Positions 38,707 to 48,255 of a DNA stretch of 64,000 nt are shown piece after piece. Every line of letters begins with the position of its first letter. The stretch's first letter is position 1. Location of the stretch: the NCBI GenBank assembly GCA_902596165.1, contig CACJSU010000002.1, positions 23,245-87,244 of the forward strand. The letters are read 5' to 3'. Both the position numbers and the translations under genes were made by a program. The stretch comes from an uncultured SAR86 cluster bacterium (GTDB lineage Bacteria > Pseudomonadota > Gammaproteobacteria > Magnimaribacterales > D2472). The notes under the pieces were generated by a model. The model had not been told where the DNA came from and ran no database searches. It saw nothing but the letters and a program-made list of their open reading frames with translations.

Positions 38707-41685
38707 ATGCCTATAAGACTCCAGTTACTTTTATTTGGGGTAATTGGTAATGTTCTTGTTGCTGCTATATTTATATTTTCTTTCGGTTATAGAGAAAATA
38801 TTCAAGAAAACTCATCAAATGAATCACTATTAACTCTTTATGAATCTGCTTGGTATCAAACATACAATAAATCTTTTGACGTCATGTCAAAGTGGCTTCC
38901 AGTAACTGGAGAAAATGCGTCCTTTTGGGATCCTGAGTCAGAAATCTTTTTAGATGAAGTAGACTCTAGTGATATCTATACAAATCCACTGCTAGATACT
39001 ATTAGCGCAGATAGAATTGGTGATGCTCAATACCTGATAGAACTATTTTTTGAAGAAGAGCTTGATTATGGAAACTTAAGTTATGTTATGGCTTACTTCC
39101 CTTCCGGTGAAAGGATTTATTGTGGCAGTGCGCTTGACTTATTGGGAGTTGACCCCTGTTCTCCTGCAGCCCGACCTGATTTTTTTAGCTATCTAGATTC
39201 ATTTCTTCAAGATGCTTCAAGCAGGCCAAGGCAGTCAATTGTAAAAATTAAAGATAAAAATGAAGAACAGGCTTCCACTTTAAATCAAGCATTGAGTTTT
39301 CCGATTAAGGTTGAGGGTGAAACTTTGGCTGTAATAGCTTTGGGTGTGGATATTAGAAAAGGCCTGGAAGTTTTTGAGGATGAATTTGAAGTTAGAACTG
39401 CAATTAATACTGACTCTGGCTTGATATCTCTAAATGACTATTACCAGCAGTTTGGTGATACAGAAGATGATTTGTTTGATATAGAGAACTTCAATAAATT
39501 AACTGATAAGGCGGCTTCATTTAAAGCAATAAATGGCTCCCGTCACTCTGAGAAAGACACCGAACTTGGAACTTCAGTTACTCTTCTCCCCTTGAGTACT
39601 TTTTTATCAGCGGACGAAGCGCAATTATTTATTTTTAAAGATGAGAGAGAAAATATCTTGAGGGCGGCTAATGTATTAAATTTAACCTACGTAGCTGCTA
39701 TATCATTTGTGATATTTATTATTTCACTCATAGCGTTTATCACCACCAGAACCTTTGGTGGAATAACGAAAGCTATCGAGGTGCTCGAGGGCCTTACAAA
39801 GGGTGATCATACCCAAGAAATGCCAATCAGAAAGGGAATTCTTGCATCAGAAAAGGACGAAGTTGGGCAGCTTTCTGCTGCGCTTGGAACCTATAAATCT
39901 CATTTAGTTGAAATGGAATCTATCAGAGAGGAACAAGCAAAACGAAGGCATGAAAGAGATGAAGTAATTATTGAAAAAATGACAGCGCTTGCAGATCAGC
40001 TTGATGGTAGTGCAAGAACTCTTATTCTAAATGATATTAAAAAAATGAATGAGCTTGCTGATAATGCTGATAGAAACTCAAGCGAAGAAGCCTCTGTAGA
40101 ATTGATGTTAGTTGCTTTCTCAAGAATGTCTGATGAGGTTAACGGATTGATTGATGCTAGAACCAGTGAAATGGAAACTGCAAGAGATGAAGCTAGAGAT
40201 GCCAGTGATCAAAAAACAAAGTTCTTTGCAAATATGAGTCATGAATTGAGAACTCCGCTAAATGCCATTCTTGGTTATGGAGAAATGCTTTATGAAGACT
40301 GTGAAGATTTAGGCTACGATGACCTGCTTCCAGACCTAAAAAAAATTACCTCTTCGGGGACTCATCTATTATCTTTAATTAATAATATTTTAGATCTTTC
40401 TAAAATTGAAGCTGGAAAGATGGAGCTATTTGTTACAAGTTTTGAGATTGAGAATATGGTTCAAACAATTAAAGATGTTTCCGAGCCTTTAGCAGCAAAA
40501 AATGATAATGGATTTGTAATTAGCCTTGATGGTGCTATGGGATCTATGTCTCAAGACGAGACAAAACTCAGACAGTGTCTAACAAACTTTTTAAGTAATG
40601 GTTTCAAGTTTACTAAAAATGGAACGGTTACTTTAGATGTAAAGGCAAGAATGGATGGTGACGTTGAATTTATAGACTTTGCAGTCATTGATACCGGTGC
40701 AGGAATGAGCCCAGAGGGGGTAGCTAAGGTATTTGAAGAATATACTCAAGCTGAAAGATCAACATCGGCAAATTATGGTGGAACCGGTTTAGGCCTACCA
40801 ATTTCAAAGAAATTTGCAGAGATGATGGGTGGAGATGTTGTAGTTACAAGTGAAGAAGGTGTTGGTTCTGTGTTTACTATGTCAGTCCCACGAGAATGTC
40901 CTGAATACAGTGAGGATGAAGTAGAAGGAAGTGTAATTAATCTTGATGATCAAGATAATCTTGTAGTGTTAGTCGATGATGACGTGGCAATGCATGATCT
41001 AATTAAAAGGACAATCTCAAAACTCAATTTAACTCTTCTTGGTGCAACAAACAGCGAAAAGGGAATGGAATTAATTAGAGAAGTTAAACCTAAATTAATT
41101 CTGCTTGACGTATTAATGCCTGGTCGTGATGGCTGGTCTCTATTAAAAGAATGTAAAACAGATCAAGAGTTAAAAGACATACCTGTAATTATGATTAGTC
41201 AACTAAATCAATCAAATCTTGCCTCATCTCTTGGTGCAAATGATTATCTAACTAAGCCAATTGATAGAACGCATTTTATAAATACATTAAAAAGAATATT
41301 GGGTACAGATACTCGCAATCAAAAAGTATTAGTCATAGATGATGATAAGGATGTAAGAGACCTTCTATCCAGACTATTAAAAGATGCAGATTATATGCCA
41401 ATAGATGCTCGAGATGGTAAAGAAGGTCTTGAAAGAACAAAAGATGAGCCAGCATTAATAATTTTAGATTTAGAGATGCCTAGAATGGATGGGTTTGAAT
41501 TTTTAGACAACTATATTAAAGATGTGCCAGAAGAAAAAAGAGCGCCAGTTTTAGTTTTCTCTGGTAAGGATTTAACAGATGTGCAGGAAGATCTTTTAAA
41601 AGAGAGAGTTATTGGTCTAGTTAAAAAGGATGATACATCTATGGATAAACTCTCACATATGATCCAAGGAATTTTAAAAAACTAA
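38707..41685 (+). CDS. Hybrid sensor kinase: TM-periplasmic-TM-HAMP-HisKA-HATPase-REC-REC
   Basis: FANMSHELRTPLNAI, NFLSNGFKFT, DTGAG, GGTGLGL, two receivers (LLDVLMP, ILDLEMP). Confidence 0.93.
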   Translation: MPIRLQLLLFGVIGNVLVAAIFIFSFGYRENIQENSSNESLLTLYESAWYQTYNKSFDVMSKWLPVTGENASFWDPESEIFLDEVDSSDIYTNPLLDTISADRIGDAQYLIELFFEEELDYGNLSYVMAYFPSGERIYCGSALDLLGVDPCSPAARPDFFSYLDSFLQDASSRPRQSIVKIKDKNEEQASTLNQALSFPIKVEGETLAVIALGVDIRKGLEVFEDEFEVRTAINTDSGLISLNDYYQQFGDTEDDLFDIENFNKLTDKAASFKAINGSRHSEKDTELGTSVTLLPLSTFLSADEAQLFIFKDERENILRAANVLNLTYVAAISFVIFIISLIAFITTRTFGGITKAIEVLEGLTKGDHTQEMPIRKGILASEKDEVGQLSAALGTYKSHLVEMESIREEQAKRRHERDEVIIEKMTALADQLDGSARTLILNDIKKMNELADNADRNSSEEASVELMLVAFSRMSDEVNGLIDARTSEMETARDEARDASDQKTKFFANMSHELRTPLNAILGYGEMLYEDCEDLGYDDLLPDLKKITSSGTHLLSLINNILDLSKIEAGKMELFVTSFEIENMVQTIKDVSEPLAAKNDNGFVISLDGAMGSMSQDETKLRQCLTNFLSNGFKFTKNGTVTLDVKARMDGDVEFIDFAVIDTGAGMSPEGVAKVFEEYTQAERSTSANYGGTGLGLPISKKFAEMMGGDVVVTSEEGVGSVFTMSVPRECPEYSEDEVEGSVINLDDQDNLVVLVDDDVAMHDLIKRTISKLNLTLLGATNSEKGMELIREVKPKLILLDVLMPGRDGWSLLKECKTDQELKDIPVIMISQLNQSNLASSLGANDYLTKPIDRTHFINTLKRILGTDTRNQKVLVIDDDKDVRDLLSRLLKDADYMPIDARDGKEGLERTKDEPALIILDLEMPRMDGFEFLDNYIKDVPEEKRAPVLVFSGKDLTDVQEDLLKERVIGLVKKDDTSMDKLSHMIQGILKN

Positions 41686-42047
41686 GACCCTACAAACGCC
41701 TCAATTTTACCTAATAACCTTTTAAAATCTACAGGCTTTGTATCAAAATCGTCTGCTCCACATTCTAATGCCTTTTGTTTATCTGATTCTAGAGCATGAG
41801 CAGTTAGAGCAATAATTGGAATAGAGCTAATAGATTCATCAGCTTTAGCCTGAATTGTTGCTTCCCAGCCATCCAAGACTGGCAAACCCATATCCATAAG
41901 CACAAGATCGGGGGCTTCACTCCTCATCATATCCAGGCCCGCTTGACCATCAAAAGCCATAATAATTTCGTACCCTCTTCTTGAAAGTCTTCGAGATAGC
42001 ATGTCTCGATTCATTTCATTATCTTCAACGTATAGTAATTTTGCCAT
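41682..42047 (-). CDS. Single-domain response regulator (DivK/CheY-like)
   Basis: YVEDNEMNRDML, LMDMGLP, IALTAHA, TKPVD. Confidence 0.93.
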   Translation of the reverse strand: MAKLLYVEDNEMNRDMLSRRLSRRGYEIIMAFDGQAGLDMMRSEAPDLVLMDMGLPVLDGWEATIQAKADESISSIPIIALTAHALESDKQKALECGADDFDTKPVDFKRLLGKIEAFVGS

Positions 42048-42051
42048 TTTA

Positions 42052-43536
42052 TTAGTCTCCTACTAACTCACTATCAATTAATTTAAATCTATTCCTTCCA
42101 TTCTTTTTAGCTTCATAAAGTCTCTCATCAGCTTTGTTGGTCAAATCAGCAGAAGTTTCAGTTTCTGTTGAAAATGCAACGCCGCCACTTGAACTTACTT
42201 TAATATCTGTTCCTTCAAAATTAACAATATTATCGTTAATTTTTTTAATTAATTTGGTACAGAACTCTTTTGCTTGATCATGATCAAGGTAAAGAATTGC
42301 CAAAAACTCTTCTCCACCTATTCTACCAACTATATTCGGCGAAGAAATCTCCGCTTGCAACAATTGAGCAAAAGATATTAAGACTGCATCTCCTCCGGCA
42401 TGTCCATAGTTATCGTTGACTTGTTTAAAAAAATCAATATCAAACATAATGGTTGCAAATTGGCGATCTTTTGATTGCTTTGAATTATCCATAGCCTCAT
42501 CCAGGGCCTCAAAAATTACCCTACGATTGTATATTCCTGTAAGTTGATCAGTTGTAGCTTGAATATGTAATTTATTTACCAGCTCTTTTTCACGCTCTCG
42601 CCAAAATTTTCTCTCCAAGGCAGCTACTACTTTAGCAAGCAATATAGTTCCATTAATAGGTTTTGGTAGATAGTCTTGGGCTCCTAATTGAATACATTTA
42701 GAAATACTATCAACATCATTAAAAGCCGATACCATGATCACTGGTAAAGATTCTGAATTATGCTCTTTTCTAAATGTTTTCAATAGCTCAAGGCCATTAA
42801 TGTCAGGCAAAATTACATCTAAAAGAATCAAATCTGGAGTTTTTTTAAAGACTTCCGCAATTGCAGTATTACCATCATAGGCAGTTCTGCAGGAAAGACC
42901 CTGCATTGATAAGCGCCTTTGAAGAACCTCACAGTTTGTTACATTGTCATCAACAATTAGGATATCTGATTCTTTAATCTCATCACCAAGAGTAATTGAA
43001 TACTCTATATCGCCTAAAGATTTAAATAGCGCTTCTGCAGATTCTAGCTGGTTTGAAGAATTATTATTATTTTGGTCAATTACCTCACCTCTTATATAAT
43101 CAACAAAATTTTCTATTGCGGTTTCAGTTTCTCTAGCAAGATTAATAATTTGCTGGAAATCTTCTAAGGTATTTTCTTCAAGATCATCCTCATAGTCCTC
43201 CATTAAAATTTCACTGTATCCAATGATTGCATTTAAAGGGGTTCTAAGATTATGCCTAAGTTCAGAGTATTCCTCAGGAGATTTCTTTGATGAATCAGCA
43301 TTGACTCCAGTATTTTGAACAAAAGCAACTTCATATTGATCAATTAATTTAGAACAAGAAGATTTAATTTGCTCTATTTCTTCATCAGACTGAAGATCAG
43401 CATCATTCAGAACTTTTTCAACCATATCTACATAATCAAATATGGCATTAGCAGGCGTAATAAAATCCTGTTTAATTTGTGTTAGAACTATTTCTTCTGC
43501 GCCCTTGGATGTTTCTTTTGGAGTTAGTTTATCCAT
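42052..43536 (-). CDS. HisKA-like x2 + REC + GGDEF diguanylate cyclase
   Basis: RHNLRTPLNAIIGYSE, IVDD..LLDVILP..PKP, DQLTGIYNRR, DIDFFKQVNDNYGHAGGD, RIGGEEF. Confidence 0.9.
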   Translation of the reverse strand: MDKLTPKETSKGAEEIVLTQIKQDFITPANAIFDYVDMVEKVLNDADLQSDEEIEQIKSSCSKLIDQYEVAFVQNTGVNADSSKKSPEEYSELRHNLRTPLNAIIGYSEILMEDYEDDLEENTLEDFQQIINLARETETAIENFVDYIRGEVIDQNNNNSSNQLESAEALFKSLGDIEYSITLGDEIKESDILIVDDNVTNCEVLQRRLSMQGLSCRTAYDGNTAIAEVFKKTPDLILLDVILPDINGLELLKTFRKEHNSESLPVIMVSAFNDVDSISKCIQLGAQDYLPKPINGTILLAKVVAALERKFWREREKELVNKLHIQATTDQLTGIYNRRVIFEALDEAMDNSKQSKDRQFATIMFDIDFFKQVNDNYGHAGGDAVLISFAQLLQAEISSPNIVGRIGGEEFLAILYLDHDQAKEFCTKLIKKINDNIVNFEGTDIKVSSSGGVAFSTETETSADLTNKADERLYEAKKNGRNRFKLIDSELVGD

Positions 43537-43539
43537 TTT

Positions 43540-44634
43540 TTAAGTTTCCTTTTTTTTGAATGAATCCAAGAAGTCAGGTCGATGCATTAAATAACCCTGA
43601 CCAATTTTACAACCAAGATCTAGCATCATTTCTTTCTCCTCTTCAGTCTCAATACCCTCGCCAATCATTTCTAATTCAAGATCTTTACAAACCTCTGAAA
43701 CAAAGCTAATGAGTCTTGCTGTAGATGAATCTGAAACATTAAATGTAAAATGTTTATCCAATTTAACAACATCAATAGGTAAATCTCTTACATACTTCAA
43801 TGATGCATAGCCAGCACCAAAATCATCTAAAGCAATTTTTATTCCTTTAGATTTTAAGAAACTTAAAGACTCAGAAGCCACATTAATATCTGCAAGCTCG
43901 GCAGTTTCTGTAACCTCTAGTCCAAATTGATTGGGACCAAGTTTATGTTTTTCTACAAAATCAGTGAATATTGAACAAAACTCTGGATGCATGATGGTAT
44001 GAGCTGAAACATTTAAATATAGTGTTGCAGCTTTGAATCCAATATCATCTTTTATTGCAAAGAACTTTTCTAACTGAACAAGAGATTCTAAAACAACCAA
44101 AGAAAATAAGCTTTCACCTTCAATTTGCGGGATTATTTGGTCATTTGGCAAATAGCCACCTTCCCCATCTTGAAGTCTTAAAAGAGCTTCTATTCCAGTA
44201 ACTTCATTTGTCTCAAGATTTACTTGTTTTTGATATGCCAACTCTATTCTATGATGCTCTATACAATCAATGGTTTTTCTCAAGGCATCTAGGCCTGATC
44301 TTGAAGAGCACAATAACTCAATTAACATAATACCTTTAGATAGATCCACAGGAATCATGTGCACTCTTGTTCGCATAAAAAAGTTAATTTCCCTGAGAGA
44401 GATCTCTATAGGTGTATCGTAATAAAGGGCAATGGAATCCAAGTCACCAAAATTATTTGTAATTTTTTCATCAATTTTTACAACTGAAAGTTCATTCAAT
44501 GAATTTAAATTGAAAATATAATTAGCTGCGATATTTGCCCAAGCAATTGAACCATCAAGCTCATAGATAATGTAAGGGCTTGGATGATGTTGAAGAGATT
44601 TTGTTAAATAGTTTAGCTCTTGATCAGTATGCAT
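43540..44634 (-). CDS. EAL c-di-GMP phosphodiesterase with PAS-like N-terminus
   Basis: EALLRL, LNVS, LEVTE, ALDDFGAGYAS, KLDK, EGIET, QGY. Confidence 0.9.
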   Translation of the reverse strand: MHTDQELNYLTKSLQHHPSPYIIYELDGSIAWANIAANYIFNLNSLNELSVVKIDEKITNNFGDLDSIALYYDTPIEISLREINFFMRTRVHMIPVDLSKGIMLIELLCSSRSGLDALRKTIDCIEHHRIELAYQKQVNLETNEVTGIEALLRLQDGEGGYLPNDQIIPQIEGESLFSLVVLESLVQLEKFFAIKDDIGFKAATLYLNVSAHTIMHPEFCSIFTDFVEKHKLGPNQFGLEVTETAELADINVASESLSFLKSKGIKIALDDFGAGYASLKYVRDLPIDVVKLDKHFTFNVSDSSTARLISFVSEVCKDLELEMIGEGIETEEEKEMMLDLGCKIGQGYLMHRPDFLDSFKKKET

Positions 44635-44639
44635 CTTTG

Positions 44640-45107
44640 TTAACCATATAATTTGCTTTGCTTAATTTGCTCATCAACAAGCTCAACAAAATCTTCTGCG
44701 AATGTAATTTTAATAAATTCCCATATTTCAAGATGTTTTGGTTCTTTGAAGAGAGTTTTAAATGAAATCAACATAGCATTCCACTCATCCTCATCAAGCA
44801 TTCCTATTTTAAATTGATAAAATTGATTCTCTCTAGCTCGAAGCATGACACTGAAATAAGTTAGGTATACTGCATTCTCCTCTTTAGTTAATTCTTCGTT
44901 ATTTCTAAGTTTGATCTTTGTGTCAACTAGAATAGGTTTCATGCCAGCTAAGGCAACCTTCTGGTGAGAATCTGCTATATTTTGACGAGCATTTGCTCGA
45001 GCCACCCTGTTTTGTTCTTTTAATTCTGTAACCAAAAAGTAGACAGTTACCAAAACTGTAAAAGGACCTACTGTCTGAAGAACCAGAATAATATTCTCAA
45101 AAGTCAC
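44640..45107 (-). CDS. Hypothetical single-TM protein heading the c-di-GMP operon
   Basis: N-terminal TM then helical domain; 5 bp from the EAL gene; GTG start. Confidence 0.7.
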   Translation of the reverse strand: MTFENIILVLQTVGPFTVLVTVYFLVTELKEQNRVARANARQNIADSHQKVALAGMKPILVDTKIKLRNNEELTKEENAVYLTYFSVMLRARENQFYQFKIGMLDEDEWNAMLISFKTLFKEPKHLEIWEFIKITFAEDFVELVDEQIKQSKLYG

Positions 45108-45305
45108 TTGTAATTTATATGTGTATTTTTATTACTTTAATATAAGGTTTTTTTACAAGTCGGTAAAGAAACTACATAAATTTAAATAATGATAATTTCG
45201 ATGTTTTAAGAACAAAAATATTCTCTAAATATATAAATTTAATAGCAATAAAATAATATGTTAAATTAGTTCTATTAAACAAGTAACACTCTTATTAGAA
45301 AATTT

Positions 45306-46988
45306 ATGATACTTACTCCAAAAAATAGAATTAAGGAATATACTGATAATGGCTGGTGGAATTCAGATACCTTATACACACTTTTTTTAGACGCTTGCGA
45401 AGAAGCTGGAAACAAAGAAGCTCTTTTAGACCCTCCAAATAGAAATGAATTTACCATTGGTGATCCAAGGAGGTTAACTTTTAATGATGTTAAAAAGGAA
45501 GTTGATAGATTTTCCTCAAAGTTTTTTGATTTAGGCTTTAGAAAAGATGACAAAGTTATTTTACAGCTTCCAAATATTGTTGAATTAGCAATTCTATACA
45601 TTGCTTTATCAAAAATAGGTGTGATTATTTCTCCGGCTCCTATTCAGTATGGCAAATTTGAAATTGAAAAGATTATCAAGGATATCAGCCCAAAGGGGTT
45701 CATTGGAATTTCTGAGTTCAATGGAAAAAATCTTATAGATGATTTAAAAGACTCATTTTCATCCAATCATGTGCTTATGTCTTTAGGTGAATCTGAAGGT
45801 TTCATAGATATATTAAATTTAAATAATCCTACGAATTTAGACGAACTAAATAATTATGTCGATTCAATGGATTATGGATCAAATGATTTACTTACAATAT
45901 GCTGGACATCCGGAACAACTGGAAGCCCAAAGGGGGTGCCAAGAAGTCATAACTTATGGGGAACAATGGCTAAGGCTGCTTATCATTTAGCTGACACACA
46001 AAAAGGAGACATTTTATTAAATCCATTTCCATTAGTTAATATGGCTAGCATAGGAGGCTTTTTGTTTAACTGGCTAATTTGTAAAGGTAAGCTTATTCAG
46101 CATCATCCATTTGATTTAGGAATTTTTTTAGATCAAATGTCTCAAGAAAAAGTTAATTACACCATTGCTGCTCCAGCTATAATGAATATGTTATTAAATA
46201 ATAAATCTTTATTTGAAAATTTAGATCTATCTAATTTACGTTCAATTGGCTGTGGTGGAGCTCCTTTGTCTGAATGGATGGTTGAATCTTTCCAAAATAA
46301 TCATGGCATAACAATCCAAAATATTTTCGGTTCAAATGAAGGCATGAGTTTATTTAGCACAAGAGACGATGTAGAGGACCCAAAATTAAGGGCGGTTTAT
46401 TTTCCAAGATTTGGTGTGAGTGAGTTTGACTGGAATAACCCTATTTCTAAAACAATTAAAACAAAACTAATCAATCTTGAAACTAATGAACAAATTTCTT
46501 CTCCAGGCCAACCTGGTGAATTATTAATTTCTGGCTCGACTGTTTTTGACGGATATTGGAATGCACCTGAAACAAATAAAGAAGTTTTCGATCATGAAGG
46601 TTTTTTTAGAACTGGAGACATGTTTGAAATTTCATCAAATGAAACTAAGAATAGATTTTATAAGTATCAAGGCAGATGCAAAGACCTAATAATTAGAGGT
46701 GGCATGAATATCTCTCCAGAAGAGCTTGATTATTTACTTATCTCTCATCCTTCTATTCTTGATGTGGCAGTTACAGGTTATGACGACAAAGTGTTGGGTG
46801 AAAAGGTTGGCGTAGTGGTTGTTCCAAACGAAGGCGAATCTATAGAGTTATCTGATATAAGTAACTTTCTCAAAGAAGCTGGGATTGCTAAATACAAATA
46901 TCCAGAGGAACTTAGGATTATTGATGAGCTCCCAAGAAATCCAGTTGGCAAGGTCTTAAGAAGGAATTTAAAAGATTTGTTTACTTAA
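45306..46988 (+). CDS. Acyl-CoA synthetase (class I adenylate-forming)
   Basis: WTSGTTGSPKG, FGSNEG, FFRTGD, GRCKDLIIRGG, LPRNPVGK. Confidence 0.92.
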   Translation: MILTPKNRIKEYTDNGWWNSDTLYTLFLDACEEAGNKEALLDPPNRNEFTIGDPRRLTFNDVKKEVDRFSSKFFDLGFRKDDKVILQLPNIVELAILYIALSKIGVIISPAPIQYGKFEIEKIIKDISPKGFIGISEFNGKNLIDDLKDSFSSNHVLMSLGESEGFIDILNLNNPTNLDELNNYVDSMDYGSNDLLTICWTSGTTGSPKGVPRSHNLWGTMAKAAYHLADTQKGDILLNPFPLVNMASIGGFLFNWLICKGKLIQHHPFDLGIFLDQMSQEKVNYTIAAPAIMNMLLNNKSLFENLDLSNLRSIGCGGAPLSEWMVESFQNNHGITIQNIFGSNEGMSLFSTRDDVEDPKLRAVYFPRFGVSEFDWNNPISKTIKTKLINLETNEQISSPGQPGELLISGSTVFDGYWNAPETNKEVFDHEGFFRTGDMFEISSNETKNRFYKYQGRCKDLIIRGGMNISPEELDYLLISHPSILDVAVTGYDDKVLGEKVGVVVVPNEGESIELSDISNFLKEAGIAKYKYPEELRIIDELPRNPVGKVLRRNLKDLFT

Positions 46989-46989
46989 A

Positions 46990-48225
46990 TTAAACCCCAA
47001 CAACAAAACTGACAACTGTTGTAGCACTTCCACCAATGTTTAATGTAGCAACATTTTTTGCATTTTCGACTTGATAATCACCAGCATTATTTGTGCATTG
47101 CTTGAAAGAATCAAGCAACATTCTGACTCCTGTAGCACCAACAGGATGACCTAAACCAATTAATCCACCGCTAGCATTTATTGGTATCTTGCCTCCCACT
47201 TCAATATCACCAGATTCAATAGCCTTCCAACTTTCACCTGGTTTGGTGATACCAAAATGATCTATAGCCATGTACTCTGTAGAAGAAAAACAATCATGAG
47301 TTTCAATAGCATCTAAAGATTCGTGGTTAGGAATTGAGGCTCGATTAAACGCATCATCAATTGCGCTTTTTACATGAGGAAAAATATAGTCACTATTTTG
47401 ACTATAATCAATTTTATCTTTTAAAGTGATAGGTCCTGTTTTGTGTCCCCAGCCTTTGATATAAGGTATATCTTCTATTCTTAAATTATTATCTTGAGCA
47501 TATTTTTTTGCCCTACTTTCATTTGCGAGAAAAATAATTGCTGCTCCATCCGTAATTTGACCACAATCAGTTTTTCTGGTTCTACCCTCAATAACTGGAT
47601 TAAATTTATCATCACGTGAAAAAGATTCACTCTCAAATGACCACCCGCGTGTTTGTGAGTTCGGATTTTTCTTTGCATTTATAAGATTAATTTCTGAAAT
47701 TCGTGATAAATGATCCTCATTAATACCATAACGTTTATCATATTCATCAGTTAATAGACTAAACATATGAGGCCATGGATATTGAATACCTTGACATTCA
47801 TGACCAGACCACATTGCAGGACCTCCGATATTATTAGCAGCTTCTTCAGCAGGAACATTTTTCATTTGCTCTATTCCAATAACAGCAGCCAAATCATACC
47901 TACCTAGCTCAAGCTCAGCTGAAGCAGCCAAGGTTGCTATACTTCCTGATGCACATGCAGCCTCATGCCTCGAAGCAGGAATTCCTTTGAAAAAGTGTTT
48001 ATCAGTAGAAGCAAAAAATCCACCTAAATGGCCCTGATTACAAAAAAGTTCAGCTGTAAAATTACCAACATGGGCAACATCAATGTCTGAAGGTTCAAGG
48101 TTTGTTTTTACTAATCCAGTATGAACGGTATCACTGAATGCATCGAATAGATCAAGATTATTTCTTGCCCAATTCTGAGCAAAATCAGTTTGGTGTCCGC
48201 CTAAAATATATACTCTCTTTTCCAT
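46990..48225 (-). CDS. SCP2-type thiolase (Rv0914c-like)
   Basis: ILGGHQTDFA, QGHLG, RHEAACASG, ETHDCF, GHPVGATG. Confidence 0.88.
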   Translation of the reverse strand: MEKRVYILGGHQTDFAQNWARNNLDLFDAFSDTVHTGLVKTNLEPSDIDVAHVGNFTAELFCNQGHLGGFFASTDKHFFKGIPASRHEAACASGSIATLAASAELELGRYDLAAVIGIEQMKNVPAEEAANNIGGPAMWSGHECQGIQYPWPHMFSLLTDEYDKRYGINEDHLSRISEINLINAKKNPNSQTRGWSFESESFSRDDKFNPVIEGRTRKTDCGQITDGAAIIFLANESRAKKYAQDNNLRIEDIPYIKGWGHKTGPITLKDKIDYSQNSDYIFPHVKSAIDDAFNRASIPNHESLDAIETHDCFSSTEYMAIDHFGITKPGESWKAIESGDIEVGGKIPINASGGLIGLGHPVGATGVRMLLDSFKQCTNNAGDYQVENAKNVATLNIGGSATTVVSFVVGV

Positions 48226-48255
48226 AAAAATATTATAAGTTTAATAGTTGAAGTT

